Below, piece by piece: positions 15,498 to 27,018 of a stretch of DNA of 32,000 nt (position 1 is its first letter; every line of letters starts with the position of its first letter). Position numbers and translations under genes: made by a program. This DNA is from an uncultured Bacilli bacterium (GTDB lineage: Bacteria > Bacillota_I > Bacilli_A > RF39 > UBA660): assembly GCA_934098395.1 (NCBI GenBank), contig CAKOOM010000002.1, positions 264,784-296,783 of the forward strand. Direction: 5' to 3'. A model generated the notes under the pieces. That model ran no database searches. It had not been told where the DNA came from and saw nothing but the letters and a program-made list of their open reading frames with translations.

Positions 15498-16120
15498 TAA
15501 TGCTTGTCCTCAATGGCTTGTGGTTGTTTTAAATAGTTTGGTAGTAATTTATGGTAATTAATTTTTTCTTTGTCTTGATAATAATTAATTATCTTTAATA
15601 TATCTAAGTTTACTTTATTTATTTTATAATCTTCGATAGTACTATTGCTTTCTCCGATTATATATGGATTATATTCACTTAATAATGAAATTAATTTTGT
15701 TTTATTAACAAACTCTTCGTCTTTAACTATATTATATTTTTCATCAAATATAGCGACATAATAGTTTGTTTTGTTAGCAGGAATAATACTCATAACTAGT
15801 CCGGAATAATTAGTACTTAAAGCCATAGCTTTTAATGATGATACAGGTGTTATATACTTGTTTATTAAATAGCCATATGTTTTTGCAATGGTTACACCAA
15901 TTCTTAGACCAGTAAATGATCCAGGACCGTTTACTACATAAATATTATCAATATCAAAGGCATTAATATGAGCTTCATCTAAAGCTTTTCTTACAAAGCT
16001 TGTGGCATAAATTGAATGCATATTAGGAATATCTTTTTGAATTAAAGATAGTATTTTATTATCTTTAACAACAGAAATAGATACACTCACTAGAGATGTA
16101 TCTATAAATAAACTTATCAT
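15497..16120 (-). CDS. tsaB: tRNA threonylcarbamoyladenosine biosynthesis protein TsaB
   Basis: It shows YeaZ-like features (IDTS...VVNGPGSFTGLRIGV) and the expected operon context. Confidence 0.85.
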   Translation of the reverse strand: MISLFIDTSLVSVSISVVKDNKILSLIQKDIPNMHSIYATSFVRKALDEAHINAFDIDNIYVVNGPGSFTGLRIGVTIAKTYGYLINKYITPVSSLKAMALSTNYSGLVMSIIPANKTNYYVAIFDEKYNIVKDEEFVNKTKLISLLSEYNPYIIGESNSTIEDYKINKVNLDILKIINYYQDKEKINYHKLLPNYLKQPQAIEDKH

Positions 16121-16566
16121 AAAATGTCCTCACAAACTCTTTGATATTCTTCACCATAAGGTTTAAGAATTAATACTCTAGTATTTTCATCTATTACTTT
16201 AAATTTAATATCTAATCTTTCTTCAGGTAGATAATCTTCGATTAGATCTGCCCATTCGATAATTGTTACGCCACCTTTTTCAAAATATTCTTCAATTCCT
16301 AGGGATTCGACATTGTTATCTACACGATAAACATCCATGTGATACAAAGGAAGTTCTCCATTATATTCCTTTATTATATTGAAGGTTGAGGATGTTACGT
16401 CATCTATTCCCATAGCATGACCAAATGCCTTTGCAAACACTGTTTTTCCACTACCTAATTCTCCATATAAACAAATAACCATATTTGGAAATTTTTCTGA
16501 TTCAATATTTTGTGCTAAATATACGGTATCTTCTTCATTATGCATAGTTACTTTGTATTCTTCCAT
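16117..16566 (-). CDS. tsaE: tRNA threonylcarbamoyladenosine biosynthesis ATPase TsaE
   Basis: It has the P-loop LYGELGSGKTVFAK and ...HMDVYR. Confidence 0.9.
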   Translation of the reverse strand: MEEYKVTMHNEEDTVYLAQNIESEKFPNMVICLYGELGSGKTVFAKAFGHAMGIDDVTSSTFNIIKEYNGELPLYHMDVYRVDNNVESLGIEEYFEKGGVTIIEWADLIEDYLPEERLDIKFKVIDENTRVLILKPYGEEYQRVCEDIL

Positions 16567-16595
16567 TATTATTCTTCCTTTCTTACTGCTTATTA

Positions 16596-16625
16596 ATTAT
16601 ATCAAATATTAATATGTAATTTCAA
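16596..16625 (-). promoter_or_regulatory. Putative extended -10 promoter for tsaE
   Basis: On the minus strand, TTGAAA (16625-16620) is separated by 18 nt from TGATATAAT (16604-16596), about 30 nt upstream of the ATG at 16566. Confidence 0.35.
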
Positions 16626-16687
16626 TACTTTTATTGAAATTTTAACTATGTTAAGATAATTATAACAAATAAATATATTTATGTAAA

Positions 16688-17455
16688 TTAATTTGAATTA
16701 CTTTGTAAAATGATATCAGTATTAATATATTTGAATAAATAATCGTTATCTAGATATAATGTATTTTTATTATCTATTATAAAAAATAGTTCTTTAGATA
16801 GTTCAGAATTATTAGTTAAATAGGTTTCTTTAGTATATTTTAATTTAGTTTTGTTATCTATTAATTCAATGTTACCTATTGATTTATCAGAGAAAATAAT
16901 ATTTTTAGTTTTAATATCCGTTATATATATTTCTAATTTAGCGGTATTTGAATCAGAATTATATCCTGTTTGAAGGGATATGTTATAATTATATTCTTTG
17001 TTTTTATTGGATAGTTTATAGGCGGTATTTAAGTTTATTATTTCTGAATCTGTTAGATTTAATTTGTTACAATAATTACCAAAGCTATATTCATAATATA
17101 TATTAGTATATATTAAATAGTTTTTTATTTGATATTTTTTGATAGTAAAATCTAGGTTATTGTTGTAGTAATAAGTAGTATTATTGCAATTTATTTTGGT
17201 ATAACTAGATAATTCTTTTTGAATTAATTTATTAATTTTTTTTGATGACTGAATACTGGTGGTCCTTAGATTTAGTTTGTTTTGATAGTCTTGTTTTGTT
17301 AAAAATGAATATTTAGGAATAACTAATTCGATGGTTTGACTGCCATTTTCCATATCATATATGACGTTTGCTGTTTCTCTTTTTACAGGTAATAATTTTG
17401 GAATTATTATTAATAGAATAATAATTGTTAGAACTATGGTTATTATTTTTTTCAT
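16688..17455 (-). CDS. Hypothetical membrane-anchored or secreted N/K/Y-rich protein
   Basis: The ATG at 17455 gives MKKIITIVLTIIILLIIIPKLL and is preceded by AAGGAGAG. The maximal track start at 17488 leaves no room for an RBS after the rplQ terminator. Confidence 0.6.
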   Translation of the reverse strand: MKKIITIVLTIIILLIIIPKLLPVKRETANVIYDMENGSQTIELVIPKYSFLTKQDYQNKLNLRTTSIQSSKKINKLIQKELSSYTKINCNNTTYYYNNNLDFTIKKYQIKNYLIYTNIYYEYSFGNYCNKLNLTDSEIINLNTAYKLSNKNKEYNYNISLQTGYNSDSNTAKLEIYITDIKTKNIIFSDKSIGNIELIDNKTKLKYTKETYLTNNSELSKELFFIIDNKNTLYLDNDYLFKYINTDIILQSNSN

Positions 17456-17491
17456 ATGACTCTCCTTTACTTTATTATAAAGTATCATAAT

Positions 17492-17516
17492 AAAAAAAAC
17501 AATAATTTCTTATTGC
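17492..17516 (-). terminator. Weak hairpin plus U-tract after rplQ
   Basis: On the minus strand, caataa-gaaa-ttattg is followed by UUUUUUUU (the A-run at 17492-17499 on the plus strand). Confidence 0.4.
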
Positions 17517-17528
17517 TTTTCTTGTTAA

Positions 17529-17870
17529 TTAAACTAATTCTAAGATAACTAATAGAGCGTTATCTCCTTTTCTTTCTTTATATTTTACAATTCTTGTGTA
17601 TCCACCATTTCTTTCTTTATAACGTGGAGCTAATTCATTGAATACTTTTGATACGCAAGCTTCATCATTATGTAAGAAAGCTAAGGCTAATCTACGAGAT
17701 ACTAAAGAGCCATTTTTACCATATGTTATCATTTTATCAAAACATTTTCTTACTTCTTTAGCTCTATCTTGTGTTGTAACAATTCTTTCGTTTTCAATAA
17801 GTTGTTTTGTTAATGTAGCCAACATACTTCTTCTATGTTTATTATCTCTTCCTAATTTTCTGTATGCCAT
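17529..17870 (-). CDS. rplQ: 50S ribosomal protein L17
   Basis: [17 protein letters not shown]...ERIVTT..RAKEVR. Confidence 0.96.
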   Translation of the reverse strand: MAYRKLGRDNKHRRSMLATLTKQLIENERIVTTQDRAKEVRKCFDKMITYGKNGSLVSRRLALAFLHNDEACVSKVFNELAPRYKERNGGYTRIVKYKERKGDNALLVILELV

Positions 17871-17888
17871 TTTTTGTTCCTCCTTTTA

Positions 17889-18842
17889 TTAGTCTTCAGA
17901 TCTGAAACTTAATCCCATATCTTTTACTTTATCCATAACTTCTTTAAGTGATTTTTTACCTAAGTTTCTGATTTTCATCATTTCGTTTTCACTCTTATCT
18001 ACTAAGTTTTTAAGTGTTAGGATACCTGCTCTTTTTAAGCAGTTATATGCTCTTACTGATAGGTCTAAGTCATCGATTGAAGTTTCTAGTATTTTAACGT
18101 TTGGATCTTCAACTTTTGCGATCATTAATCCTGTTTCATCAGCTATTTCGTTTAAGTTTACTAATATTTGGAAATGTTCTATTAGTATTCTTGAACCTAG
18201 AGCTATTGCTTCTTCTGGAGTGATAGAACCGTTAGTCCATACTTCCATAATTAATTTATCGTAGTGATCGTTTTGACCTACTCTAGCAGGTTCTACTTCA
18301 TAATTAATTCTTTCGATTGGGGCATATGAACTATCGATTGCTATAACGTTCATTTTGTTTTTGTCAAATAATTTTTTGTTTTCTTCAGCTCTTACATAAC
18401 CTCTTCCTGATGAGATTGTCATTTCAATATTAATTGATCCACCTTCAGCAAGGTTACATATTACTAAATCTGGGTTGAAAATTTCGATATCAGCATCTTT
18501 TTCAATGTCAGCGGCAGTTACTGGACCTTCAGTGTTTTTAGATAATCTTAATATTTTTGTATAGTCATCTGAATGATTCTTTAAGACAATACTTTTAATA
18601 TTTAAGACAATAGCTGTGACATCTTCGATTACACCATCAATTTTTTGGAATTCATGAGCTACGCCATCAATTTTGATACTGGTAATTGCATCACCTGGTA
18701 AACTTGATAACATTACTCTTCTTAGAGCGTTTCCTAATGTAGTTCCGAATCCTCTTTCTAATGGTTCTATTTCAAATTTTCCATAAAAATTATCTCTTAC
18801 ATATTCTTTTACTTTATATTCTGGTTTTTCAAATTTTAACAT
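17889..18842 (-). CDS. rpoA: DNA-directed RNA polymerase subunit alpha
   Basis: It carries FGTTLGNALRRVMLSS and a C-terminal domain with ..LSVRAYNCLKRAGI. Confidence 0.96.
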   Translation of the reverse strand: MLKFEKPEYKVKEYVRDNFYGKFEIEPLERGFGTTLGNALRRVMLSSLPGDAITSIKIDGVAHEFQKIDGVIEDVTAIVLNIKSIVLKNHSDDYTKILRLSKNTEGPVTAADIEKDADIEIFNPDLVICNLAEGGSINIEMTISSGRGYVRAEENKKLFDKNKMNVIAIDSSYAPIERINYEVEPARVGQNDHYDKLIMEVWTNGSITPEEAIALGSRILIEHFQILVNLNEIADETGLMIAKVEDPNVKILETSIDDLDLSVRAYNCLKRAGILTLKNLVDKSENEMMKIRNLGKKSLKEVMDKVKDMGLSFRSED

Positions 18843-18861
18843 TTAACACACTCCCTTTCTT

Positions 18862-19251
18862 TTATCCACGACGTTTTTTTGGTGGACGGCATCCGTTATG
18901 TGGAATTGGTGTTACATCGGTAATTGATTTTACTTCTAATCCTGCAGTTGCTAGTGCTCTTATTGCTGATTCTCTTCCAGCACCTAATCCTTTTACAGAT
19001 ACATCAACAGTTTTCATACCTGCATCAGCTGCAGCTTTTCCAGCTTTTTCAGCAGCCATTCCTGCTGCGAATGGTGTAGATTTTTTACTACCTTTTATTC
19101 CCATTGTTCCTGCTGAAGCCCAACTAATTGCATTACCTTCAATATCAGTAATAGTAATTACTGTGTTGTTGAAGGTTGTATGAATGTGAACAACACCATG
19201 TGGAACATTTTTCTTAACTTTACGTTTTCTAGCGTTATATGTTTTTCCCAT
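18862..19251 (-). CDS. rpsK: 30S ribosomal protein S11
   Basis: [25 protein letters not shown]. Confidence 0.96.
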   Translation of the reverse strand: MGKTYNARKRKVKKNVPHGVVHIHTTFNNTVITITDIEGNAISWASAGTMGIKGSKKSTPFAAGMAAEKAGKAAADAGMKTVDVSVKGLGAGRESAIRALATAGLEVKSITDVTPIPHNGCRPPKKRRG

Positions 19252-19272
19252 ATAAATATCCTCCTTTTATAA

Positions 19273-19641
19273 TTAAGCTTTCTTCTTATTAGCTACGACT
19301 TTTCCTTTACCCTTACGAGTTCTAGCATTTCTGTTAGTTCTTTGTCCTCTTACTGGTAAGCCTTTTTTATGTCTAGTTCCTTCATAAGAATTAATTTCCA
19401 TCTTAGTTTTGATGTTCATGTTAACTTCTCTTCTTAAGTCACCTTCAACAGTATGATTTTCAAGTTCTTTTCTAATACTTGCTAATTCTTGTTCTGTTAG
19501 ATCTTTTGCTTTTTTATTTAAGTCAACATTTGCAGCAGTTAAGATTTGTTTTGATAATTTTCTTCCTATACCATAGATATAAGTTAAAGAAATTTCAATT
19601 CTTTTGTCGTTTGGTATATCAATACCTTTAATTCTTGCCAT
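19273..19641 (-). CDS. rpsM: 30S ribosomal protein S13
   Basis: [24 protein letters not shown]. Confidence 0.96.
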   Translation of the reverse strand: MARIKGIDIPNDKRIEISLTYIYGIGRKLSKQILTAANVDLNKKAKDLTEQELASIRKELENHTVEGDLRREVNMNIKTKMEINSYEGTRHKKGLPVRGQRTNRNARTRKGKGKVVANKKKA

Positions 19642-19658
19642 TTAATTTTCCTCCTAAA

Positions 19659-19805
<147 letters not shown>

Positions 19806-20033
19806 TTATTTCTTGTTGTATACGATACGCCCATGTGTTAGATCATATGGTGATAATTCTACAACAACAGTATCACCTGGTAGAATACGTATATTATTTA
19901 CGCGCATTTTACCAGAAACATGGGCTTCTACTATGTGTCCTCCTTCAAGTTCAACTTTAAAGAATCCTCCTTTGATTAAGTCAATGACTTTTCCTTGGGC
20001 TTCTATAATATTGCTCTTACTCAAAATTATCAT
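19806..20033 (-). CDS. infA: Translation initiation factor IF-1
   Basis: ..[35 protein letters not shown]. The likelier start is the TTG at 20024, with AGGAG 9 nt upstream, giving a 72-aa protein. Confidence 0.93.
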   Translation of the reverse strand: MIILSKSNIIEAQGKVIDLIKGGFFKVELEGGHIVEAHVSGKMRVNNIRILPGDTVVVELSPYDLTHGRIVYNKK

Positions 20034-20775
20034 CTCCTGTTAGTATTCTATAACCATCTTTGGTAACTACAACGCTGTGCTCGAAGTGAGCTGATGGTGA
20101 GCCATCTCTTGTAATTATTGTCCAGTCATCATCTAAGATATATATTTTATGTGTTCCTAGATTTAACATTGGTTCTATTGCGATAGTCATGCCTTCTTTT
20201 AATAATGGGCCGGTGCCTTTTTTACCATAGTTTGGTACATCAGGTTCTTCGTGTAAATTGCTACCTACACCATGTCCTACTAGTTCTCTTACTACTCCTA
20301 AGTTATGAGCATTGGCATATGTTTCTATAGCATTAGATATATCACCAATTCGGTTACCAGGTTTTACCTGCTTTAGTCCTTCAAATAAAGCTTTTTCGGT
20401 ATGTTCTAATAAATATTCTTTTTCTTTTGAGACACTGCCTACTTTGTAAGACCAAGCAGAATCGCCATGATAACCTTTATAATTGGCGCCAATATCTATT
20501 CCTATGATATCACCATTTTTAAGTTTACGATTTGATGGTATTCCGTGAACTACTTCATCATTAACTGATGTACAGATACTTCCTGGAAAGCCGTTGTAAT
20601 TTAAAAATGATGGTGTTGCATCTTGACTGATGATAAAGTCATATGCTAATTTATCTAACTCTTTTGTAGTAATTCCTGGTTTAACGTATGGTTCTAGGTA
20701 TTTATGCGTTCTATATACGATATTACCAGCTTTTCTCATTAAAGATATTTCATAATCAGATTTTATATTAATCAT
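20017..20775 (-). CDS. map: Type I methionine aminopeptidase
   Basis: It shows the metal-ligand pattern [16 protein letters not shown] and EPM. Confidence 0.95.
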   Translation of the reverse strand: MINIKSDYEISLMRKAGNIVYRTHKYLEPYVKPGITTKELDKLAYDFIISQDATPSFLNYNGFPGSICTSVNDEVVHGIPSNRKLKNGDIIGIDIGANYKGYHGDSAWSYKVGSVSKEKEYLLEHTEKALFEGLKQVKPGNRIGDISNAIETYANAHNLGVVRELVGHGVGSNLHEEPDVPNYGKKGTGPLLKEGMTIAIEPMLNLGTHKIYILDDDWTIITRDGSPSAHFEHSVVVTKDGYRILTGDDNFE

Positions 20776-21424
20776 TTAATACCTTCTTTACTTCTTCGAA
20801 GATGGTGTTTGCTGATTTATCTAATACTTCTATTTTATGTAACATATTTAGATTATTATAGTAATCTATTAATTCTTTTGTACTATTTATATAAGTATCA
20901 AATCTATTTTTAAACACTTCTTCGGTATCATCTTTTCTTGTTTTAAGTTCGTGATGACAACGATCACAGATGTTTTCTTTATGTGGTTTTAATTCATCTA
21001 CTAGTAAGTTATATGATGAACCACAATTTGGACATATTATTCTACTGATGGTTCTTTTTAGAGCTCTATCTTTGTCAATATCAAAGAATATTACAGTGCT
21101 ATTATCATAATTAAGTTCTTTTAATAAATCGTTATATGTTTTGGCTTGAGCTATATTTCTTGGATATCCATCTAGAATATAGCCATTTTTACAATCTGGT
21201 GATGTTATTCTATTTTTTAGGAGTGTAGTAATTACTTCATCAGATACTAAGTTGCCTTTTTCCATATCTTCTTTGATAGATTTACCTAACTCAGTTTCTT
21301 TAGCTATTTCTTCTCTTAAAAGATCGCCAGTAGATATATGAGGAATATTATACTCTTCACTTACTAGTTTAGATTGTGTGCCCTTACCAGCAGCTGGTGG
21401 GGCGATAAATATAATATTTCTCAT
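20768..21424 (-). CDS. adk: Adenylate kinase (zinc-lid type)
   Basis: It has APPAAGKGTQ and the lid cysteines CPNCGSSY...CDRC. Confidence 0.95.
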   Translation of the reverse strand: MRNIIFIAPPAAGKGTQSKLVSEEYNIPHISTGDLLREEIAKETELGKSIKEDMEKGNLVSDEVITTLLKNRITSPDCKNGYILDGYPRNIAQAKTYNDLLKELNYDNSTVIFFDIDKDRALKRTISRIICPNCGSSYNLLVDELKPHKENICDRCHHELKTRKDDTEEVFKNRFDTYINSTKELIDYYNNLNMLHKIEVLDKSANTIFEEVKKVLND

Positions 21425-22686
21425 TATTTTCCACCTCGATAACTTCTGTTTAATAAACTGTTTTCTAATTGGTTGTATGTATCTAAGGCTACGCCTATTA
21501 CGATTAAGATACTTGTACCACCAATTGAAACACTACTTGGAAGCCCTGTATCAATGAAGCTACTGAAGATTATTGGTAATCCTGCAATAACTGCAATTGA
21601 TATTGCTCCGATAAATGTAATTCTTCCAATTACTGTGCTTATGTATTCTTTTGTTTCTTTTCCTGGTCTTACACCTGGAATATATCCGCCATTCTTGTTA
21701 AGATTTTTAGATAATTCTTCTGGATTGATTTGTAAGAATGTATAAAAGTAACAAAACATTATTATTATTAGCATGTAGGCTGTAAAACCTACTGGAGTAG
21801 TATAATTTACATATTTTGAGACAAATTCTGCAAAAGCTGATTCACTATCCATAAGTCCAGCAATAAATGATGGTATTGTAAATATTACTGATGCAAATAT
21901 TACTGGCATTACGCTAGCACTATTTAATTTAAATGGTATATAGTTTTGTTTAGCTCCGTATGCAGATGATGTTTGATTTGCGTATTGTATTGGTATTCTT
22001 CTTTCGGATTTTTCGATGTATACGATACCAACAATAATTCCTACGTATACTAATACAAATAGGATAAATGTTAGGATTCCTAGGAATAATGATGATTCAT
22101 TACCTATTACTAATGATTGGAATGTCTCAATAAACATATTTGGAATGCTTGAAATTATACCAGCCATAATTAATAGGGAAATTCCATTACCAATTCCTTT
22201 TTGAGTTATTCTATCTCCTAACCATAATAGGAATGCTGTACCGGCAGTTAACATAATAGCTATTTTTAGATATCCTACAGCAGTTCCGTTTTCAACGAAG
22301 GCAAAGGCCATGCTGAAACCTTGGACAAATGCTATACCTAATCCTAGGTATCTGTTAATTTGATTTATTTTTTGTCTTCCAGTGGCTCCTTGTTCTTTTA
22401 ATTCAACAAAGTATGGAATTATATCCATTTGAAGTATTCCTGTTATGATAGATGCTGAGATATATGGCATAACACCTAGTGAGAAAATTGAAAATCTTGC
22501 TAGGGCTCCTCCAGATATAGCATCATATAATCCCCATAGGTCAAGGTCTGAAACAGCTCCTTGAGTTCCTGGAACAGGAATTGTTTTTCCTATTATAAAT
22601 ACAAATAAACATCCTAATGTAAATAATACTCTTTTTTGTATATCTTTATTTTTTTTGTTGAATAGCAATTTTAGTGTTTTAAACAT
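21424..22686 (-). CDS. secY: Preprotein translocase subunit SecY
   Basis: It is a 10-TM protein in the conserved position after rplO, with GIGNGISLLI. Confidence 0.95.
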   Translation of the reverse strand: MFKTLKLLFNKKNKDIQKRVLFTLGCLFVFIIGKTIPVPGTQGAVSDLDLWGLYDAISGGALARFSIFSLGVMPYISASIITGILQMDIIPYFVELKEQGATGRQKINQINRYLGLGIAFVQGFSMAFAFVENGTAVGYLKIAIMLTAGTAFLLWLGDRITQKGIGNGISLLIMAGIISSIPNMFIETFQSLVIGNESSLFLGILTFILFVLVYVGIIVGIVYIEKSERRIPIQYANQTSSAYGAKQNYIPFKLNSASVMPVIFASVIFTIPSFIAGLMDSESAFAEFVSKYVNYTTPVGFTAYMLIIIMFCYFYTFLQINPEELSKNLNKNGGYIPGVRPGKETKEYISTVIGRITFIGAISIAVIAGLPIIFSSFIDTGLPSSVSIGGTSILIVIGVALDTYNQLENSLLNRSYRGGK

Positions 22687-22687
22687 A

Positions 22688-23122
22688 TTAAATCACCTCG
22701 ATTGTTCCACCAACATTTTCTATTTTTGCTTTTGCTGAAGATGAGAACTTGTTAGCTTTTACTGTTAATTTCTTAGTTAATTCTCCATTACCTAATACTT
22801 TGATCCCATCTAATTCTTTTTTAACTAGACCTTTTTCTATTAACAATTCTTTTGTAACAACTGTACCCTCTTCGAATACTTCTAAATCACTTACGTTTAC
22901 TGTAGCATATACAGTACGGAAGTTGTAATTATTGAATCCTCTTTTTGATAATCTTCTATATAATGGTAATTGTCCACCTTCAAATCCTGGTCTTACGCCA
23001 CCACCACTTCTAGCGTTTTGTCCTTTGTGTCCTTTACCACTTGTTTTACCGTTTCCAGAACCAGGTCCACGACCTACTCTTTTACGATCTTTCTTTAATG
23101 ATTCTAATTCATTTAATTTCAT
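22688..23122 (-). CDS. rplO: 50S ribosomal protein L15
   Basis: [26 protein letters not shown]. Confidence 0.96.
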   Translation of the reverse strand: MKLNELESLKKDRKRVGRGPGSGNGKTSGKGHKGQNARSGGGVRPGFEGGQLPLYRRLSKRGFNNYNFRTVYATVNVSDLEVFEEGTVVTKELLIEKGLVKKELDGIKVLGNGELTKKLTVKANKFSSSAKAKIENVGGTIEVI

Positions 23123-23709
23123 TATCCTAAAATCTCCTCAACTGTTTTTCCTCTTAATTCTGCAACGTGTGATGGTGATTTTTGCAATTTAAGAGCGTTT
23201 AATGTTGCTCTAGCCATATTAACTTTTGTACTAGAACCTAAGCTTTTAGATAATACATCTTTAACTCCAGCTAATTCAAGTACGTCTCTAACTGGTCCAC
23301 CAGCTTTAACTCCAGTACCTTCTTTAGCAGGTTTTAGCATTACTCTAACTGCTCCTTCTTTTACGATTATTTCGTGAGATATTGTACGATTATCAATTAA
23401 TTCAACATTTATTAAGTTTTTAGAAGCTTGTTGTGTAGCTTTTTTTACAGCATCTGGCATTTCTTTAGCTTTTCCTAAACCAATACCAACTTTGCCTTTT
23501 CTATTGCCAACTACAACTGTAGCTGCAAAACGAAATTGACGGCCACCTTTTACTACTTTTGTTACACGGTTAATGCAAATAACTTTTTCTTCTAGATCAC
23601 TTTTTGGTTTGTCAAAGTTTCTTCTAGGTTTTCTTTTATTGTTTTTTGCATCAAAGTTTTTAGCAGATCTTTCACGATTTTCTTGTGGCTTTTTCATTTC
23701 TTCGTTCAT
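23122..23709 (-). CDS. rpsE: 30S ribosomal protein S5 (with a ~45-aa basic N-terminal extension)
   Basis: [34 protein letters not shown]. Confidence 0.95.
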   Translation of the reverse strand: MNEEMKKPQENRERSAKNFDAKNNKRKPRRNFDKPKSDLEEKVICINRVTKVVKGGRQFRFAATVVVGNRKGKVGIGLGKAKEMPDAVKKATQQASKNLINVELIDNRTISHEIIVKEGAVRVMLKPAKEGTGVKAGGPVRDVLELAGVKDVLSKSLGSSTKVNMARATLNALKLQKSPSHVAELRGKTVEEILG

Positions 23710-23723
23710 AAGTATCCTCCTTA

Positions 23724-24086
23724 TTAGAATTCTAATCCATTTTCACGTGCTGCTTCAGCTAATGCTTTAACACGTCCATGATATAGGTATCCACCTCTAT
23801 CAAATACTACTTTTTCAATCTTTGCTTTTTTAGCTCTTTTTGCAATCTCGGCTCCGATAAGTTTTGCAGCTTCAACGTTTCCACCATTTTTAATATTTAA
23901 TTCTTTTTCTCTAGTAGAAGCGCTTACTAGTGTTAATCCTTTTTCATCATCGATGATTTGAGCTGTAATGTTTGCGTTAGATCTAAAGACATTTAATCTT
24001 GGTCTTTCACTTGTACCAGATATGTCTTTTCTTATTCTTTTATGTCTTTCGACACGCATTTCATTTCTTGAAACTTTCTTTATCAT
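23724..24086 (-). CDS. rplR: 50S ribosomal protein L18
   Basis: [20 protein letters not shown]...[16 protein letters not shown]. Confidence 0.96.
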   Translation of the reverse strand: MIKKVSRNEMRVERHKRIRKDISGTSERPRLNVFRSNANITAQIIDDEKGLTLVSASTREKELNIKNGGNVEAAKLIGAEIAKRAKKAKIEKVVFDRGGYLYHGRVKALAEAARENGLEF

Positions 24087-24104
24087 AAGAATATCACTCC
24101 TCTA

Positions 24105-24644
24105 TTATTTAGATGCTTTCTTTCCTTCTTTATGACGAACATGTTCACCTTTATAACGGATTCCTTTTCCTTTATATGGTTCAGGTTGTCTTACTTTACG
24201 GATATTAGCAGCAAATTCACCTACTACTTGCTTCTCTGCACCAGCTACTTCGATTTCAGTTGCGCTGATAGCGTTAACTGTGATACCTTCTGGAATAGTT
24301 AATTTTACTGGGTGTGAATATCCAGCTTGGATTGTTAATACATTTCCACTTACGGCAAATCTATATCCAACTCCGATTATTTCTAATCCTTTTTTGTAAC
24401 CTTCGCTTACTCCAATAATCATATTATTGATATTAGCATTTGTAGTTCCGTGCATTTGGTTTGTAAATTTATCTTCTTTTAATTTTTCTACAGTTAATTT
24501 ATTTTCTTCAACATTTACTTTTAATGTTTTAATAAGATCTAATTTAAGTTCTCCTTTTGGTCCCTTAACTGTAACTGTATTATCAACAACATCAACATTA
24601 ACGTTTTCTGGTATAGTTAATACTCTTTTTCCAATTCTACTCAT
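24105..24644 (-). CDS. rplF: 50S ribosomal protein L6
   Basis: MSRIGKRVLTIP... The ATG at 24644 has AGGAGG 7 nt upstream. The track start at 24662 would overlap rpsH. Confidence 0.95.
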   Translation of the reverse strand: MSRIGKRVLTIPENVNVDVVDNTVTVKGPKGELKLDLIKTLKVNVEENKLTVEKLKEDKFTNQMHGTTNANINNMIIGVSEGYKKGLEIIGVGYRFAVSGNVLTIQAGYSHPVKLTIPEGITVNAISATEIEVAGAEKQVVGEFAANIRKVRQPEPYKGKGIRYKGEHVRHKEGKKASK

Positions 24645-24655
24645 TAACTTTCCTC

Positions 24656-25036
24656 CTACCAAATATATGCAATTACTTCGCCACCAACATTGTTTTTACG
24701 AGCTAACTTATCAGTCATAACTCCCTTTGGTGTAGATATAATGGCAATTCCTAGACCATTTAGTACATAAGGTATTTCGTCAGCACCTGCATATACTCTT
24801 AATCCTGGTTTAGAAATTCTCTTTAATCCAGTAATTACTCTTTCTTTATTTTGTCCATATTTTAAAGTTAATGTTAATGTATTATCTTTTACAGTATAAC
24901 CTGCAATGAAACCCTCTGAGTCTAATAGTTTTGCTATTTCTACTTTCATTTTTGATGTAGGCATAGCAACTTCTTTATTACGCATTTGGTTTGCATTACG
25001 TATTCTTGTAAGCATATCTGCGATTGGATCTGTCAT
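24656..25036 (-). CDS. rpsH: 30S ribosomal protein S8
   Basis: [15 protein letters not shown]. Confidence 0.96.
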   Translation of the reverse strand: MTDPIADMLTRIRNANQMRNKEVAMPTSKMKVEIAKLLDSEGFIAGYTVKDNTLTLTLKYGQNKERVITGLKRISKPGLRVYAGADEIPYVLNGLGIAIISTPKGVMTDKLARKNNVGGEVIAYIW

Positions 25037-25067
25037 TTAAAATCCCTCCTTCTTTATTAAATAGGTA

Positions 25068-25253
25068 TTACCAACTTGATTTTTTTACGCCTGGTATTTG
25101 TCCTTTATAAGCTAATTCTCTAAAACAAATACGGCAAATACCAAATTTGCTCATAACAGCATGTGGTCTTCCACATATACTACAACGAGTATATTCTCTA
25201 ACTTTAAATTTTGGTTTCTTTTGTGATTTTACAATCATTGATTTCTTTGCCAT
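25068..25253 (-). CDS. rpsN: 30S ribosomal protein S14 type Z (zinc-binding, 61 aa)
   Basis: [10 protein letters not shown]...[22 protein letters not shown]. Confidence 0.95.
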   Translation of the reverse strand: MAKKSMIVKSQKKPKFKVREYTRCSICGRPHAVMSKFGICRICFRELAYKGQIPGVKKSSW

Positions 25254-25265
25254 TGTAACCTCTCC

Positions 25266-25805
25266 TTATTTCCTAAAAGGAACTCCAAGTTCTTTTAATA
25301 AATCAAAAGCTTCTTCATTAGTTTTTGCTGTTGTAACGATAACAATATCCATTCCTCTAACTTTTTCAACTTCATCAAAATTTATTTCTGGGAATATTAA
25401 TTGTTCTTTTATACCTATTGTATAGTTTCCTCTTCCATCAAAGCTTTTTGGTGAAAGACCTCTAAAATCTCTTACTCTTGGTAGAGAGATTGAAATTAAT
25501 TTATCTAAGAAGTTATACATATTTTCTCCTCTTAGAGTTACTTTACATCCGATCTTATGACCTTCTCTTACTTTGAATGAAGCGATTGATTTTTTTGCTT
25601 TAGTTTCTACAGGTTTTAATCCAGTGATTTTTTCTAGGTCAGCTACTGCGTTTTCTAAGTTTTTAGAATTAGCAATTGCATCTCCAACACCCATATTAAC
25701 TACGATTTTTTCGATTTTAGGAACCAACATTAATGTTTTATAGTTATGTTTTTCCATTAAACTTGGAACAACTTCGTTTTTATATTTTTCTTCTAGGCGG
25801 TTCAT
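25266..25805 (-). CDS. rplE: 50S ribosomal protein L5
   Basis: [19 protein letters not shown]...VVNMGVGDA. Confidence 0.96.
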   Translation of the reverse strand: MNRLEEKYKNEVVPSLMEKHNYKTLMLVPKIEKIVVNMGVGDAIANSKNLENAVADLEKITGLKPVETKAKKSIASFKVREGHKIGCKVTLRGENMYNFLDKLISISLPRVRDFRGLSPKSFDGRGNYTIGIKEQLIFPEINFDEVEKVRGMDIVIVTTAKTNEEAFDLLKELGVPFRK

Positions 25806-25825
25806 TAGTCCACCCTCCTTCCAAA

Positions 25826-26131
25826 CTAGTCAATCTTTTCATTAGATTTTTTTGAAATTCTAATTTTTTTGCCATCTTTATCAAAATCCATTTTGATTTT
25901 AGTTGGCTTTTTTGTTTTTGGATCAATTATCATAACGTTAGACTTGTGAATTGGTCTTTCTACTTCAACTATTTCACCAGTTCCATTATTGTTCTTTGGT
26001 TTTAAGTGCTTTTTACAGATATTAACGCCTTCAACAATAACTTTTTCATCTAATACTTTAGTAATTTTTCCTTCTTTGCCTTTATTGGCGCCAGCTATTA
26101 CTACAACTTTGTCACCTGTTTTTAATTTCAT
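25826..26131 (-). CDS. rplX: 50S ribosomal protein L24
   Basis: [23 protein letters not shown]. Confidence 0.95.
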   Translation of the reverse strand: MKLKTGDKVVVIAGANKGKEGKITKVLDEKVIVEGVNICKKHLKPKNNNGTGEIVEVERPIHKSNVMIIDPKTKKPTKIKMDFDKDGKKIRISKKSNEKID

Positions 26132-26160
26132 GAACTTATATCCTCCTTAAATATTTCGGA

Positions 26161-26529
26161 TTAAAGAACTTCTTTCGCTAAACTTACTATTTTTGTAAAT
26201 CCTGCATCTCTTAATTCACGTGCTACAGGACCCAAAACACGAGTACCAACTGGACTCTTATCATCTTTAATGATTACGCATGCATTATCATCAAATTTAA
26301 TATAGCTTCCGTCTTCTCTTCTTACTCCGAATTTACTCCTAACAATTACGGCTTTTACGACTTTTCCTTTTTTAACATTACCATTAGGAGTTGCTTTTTT
26401 AACTGTTCCAACAACGATATCTCCGATGTTACCAGTTTTTACTTTACTTCCACCAAGAACTCTAATTACTAGTAATTCACGAGCTCCACAGTTATCTGCC
26501 ACTTTTAAACGGCTTTCTTGTTGTACCAT
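26161..26529 (-). CDS. rplN: 50S ribosomal protein L14
   Basis: [27 protein letters not shown]. Confidence 0.97.
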   Translation of the reverse strand: MVQQESRLKVADNCGARELLVIRVLGGSKVKTGNIGDIVVGTVKKATPNGNVKKGKVVKAVIVRSKFGVRREDGSYIKFDDNACVIIKDDKSPVGTRVLGPVARELRDAGFTKIVSLAKEVL

Positions 26530-26548
26530 CTTATTTCCTCCTTCCGAA

Positions 26549-26809
26549 CTAAAGAACTATAGCTTTTTCTATTACTTCAGCTAATTCATATCTTTTAGTT
26601 TTAGATAATGGTCTTGTTGCTACTAAACGAACTTTATCGCCAATTTTTGCAACATTATTTTCGTCATGAGCTGTATATTTTTTAGAATATTTAATTCTTT
26701 TTTTGTATATTGGATCTTTTTTGTAAGTTTCAACTTTTACTGTGATTGTTTTATCTGCTTTGTCACTTACAACAACGCCAATTAATTCACGTTTAATATT
26801 TTCATTCAT
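26549..26809 (-). CDS. rpsQ: 30S ribosomal protein S17
   Basis: [26 protein letters not shown]. Confidence 0.95.
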   Translation of the reverse strand: MNENIKRELIGVVVSDKADKTITVKVETYKKDPIYKKRIKYSKKYTAHDENNVAKIGDKVRLVATRPLSKTKRYELAEVIEKAIVL

Positions 26810-26823
26810 CTTGACGTCCTCCT

Positions 26824-27018
26824 CTACCCTTCGATTTCTCTTTCTCTAAGAATTGTTTTTAGTCTAGCAACTGTTTTTCTTAATTCCTTAATTCTTCCAG
26901 GGTTTTCTAGTGATCCAGTTGCTTGTTTCATTCTTAAATTAAATAATTCTTCTTTTGATTCAGCAATTTTTTTATTGATTTCTTCAGTGGATAATTTTCT
27001 AATATCATTAGCTTTCAT
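26824..27018 (-). CDS. rpmC: 50S ribosomal protein L29
   Basis: [27 protein letters not shown]. The track start at 27030 is a GTG. The ATG at 27018 gives the canonical N-terminus. Confidence 0.94.
   Translation of the reverse strand: MKANDIRKLSTEEINKKIAESKEELFNLRMKQATGSLENPGRIKELRKTVARLKTILREREIEG

Noticed and set aside
18761-19183. 140-aa plus-strand ORF
   Set aside because: It is antisense to the unambiguous rpoA 5' end and to rpsK. Its composition is low-complexity, it has no RBS, and it resembles no protein I recognise. It is a shadow ORF of a highly expressed gene.
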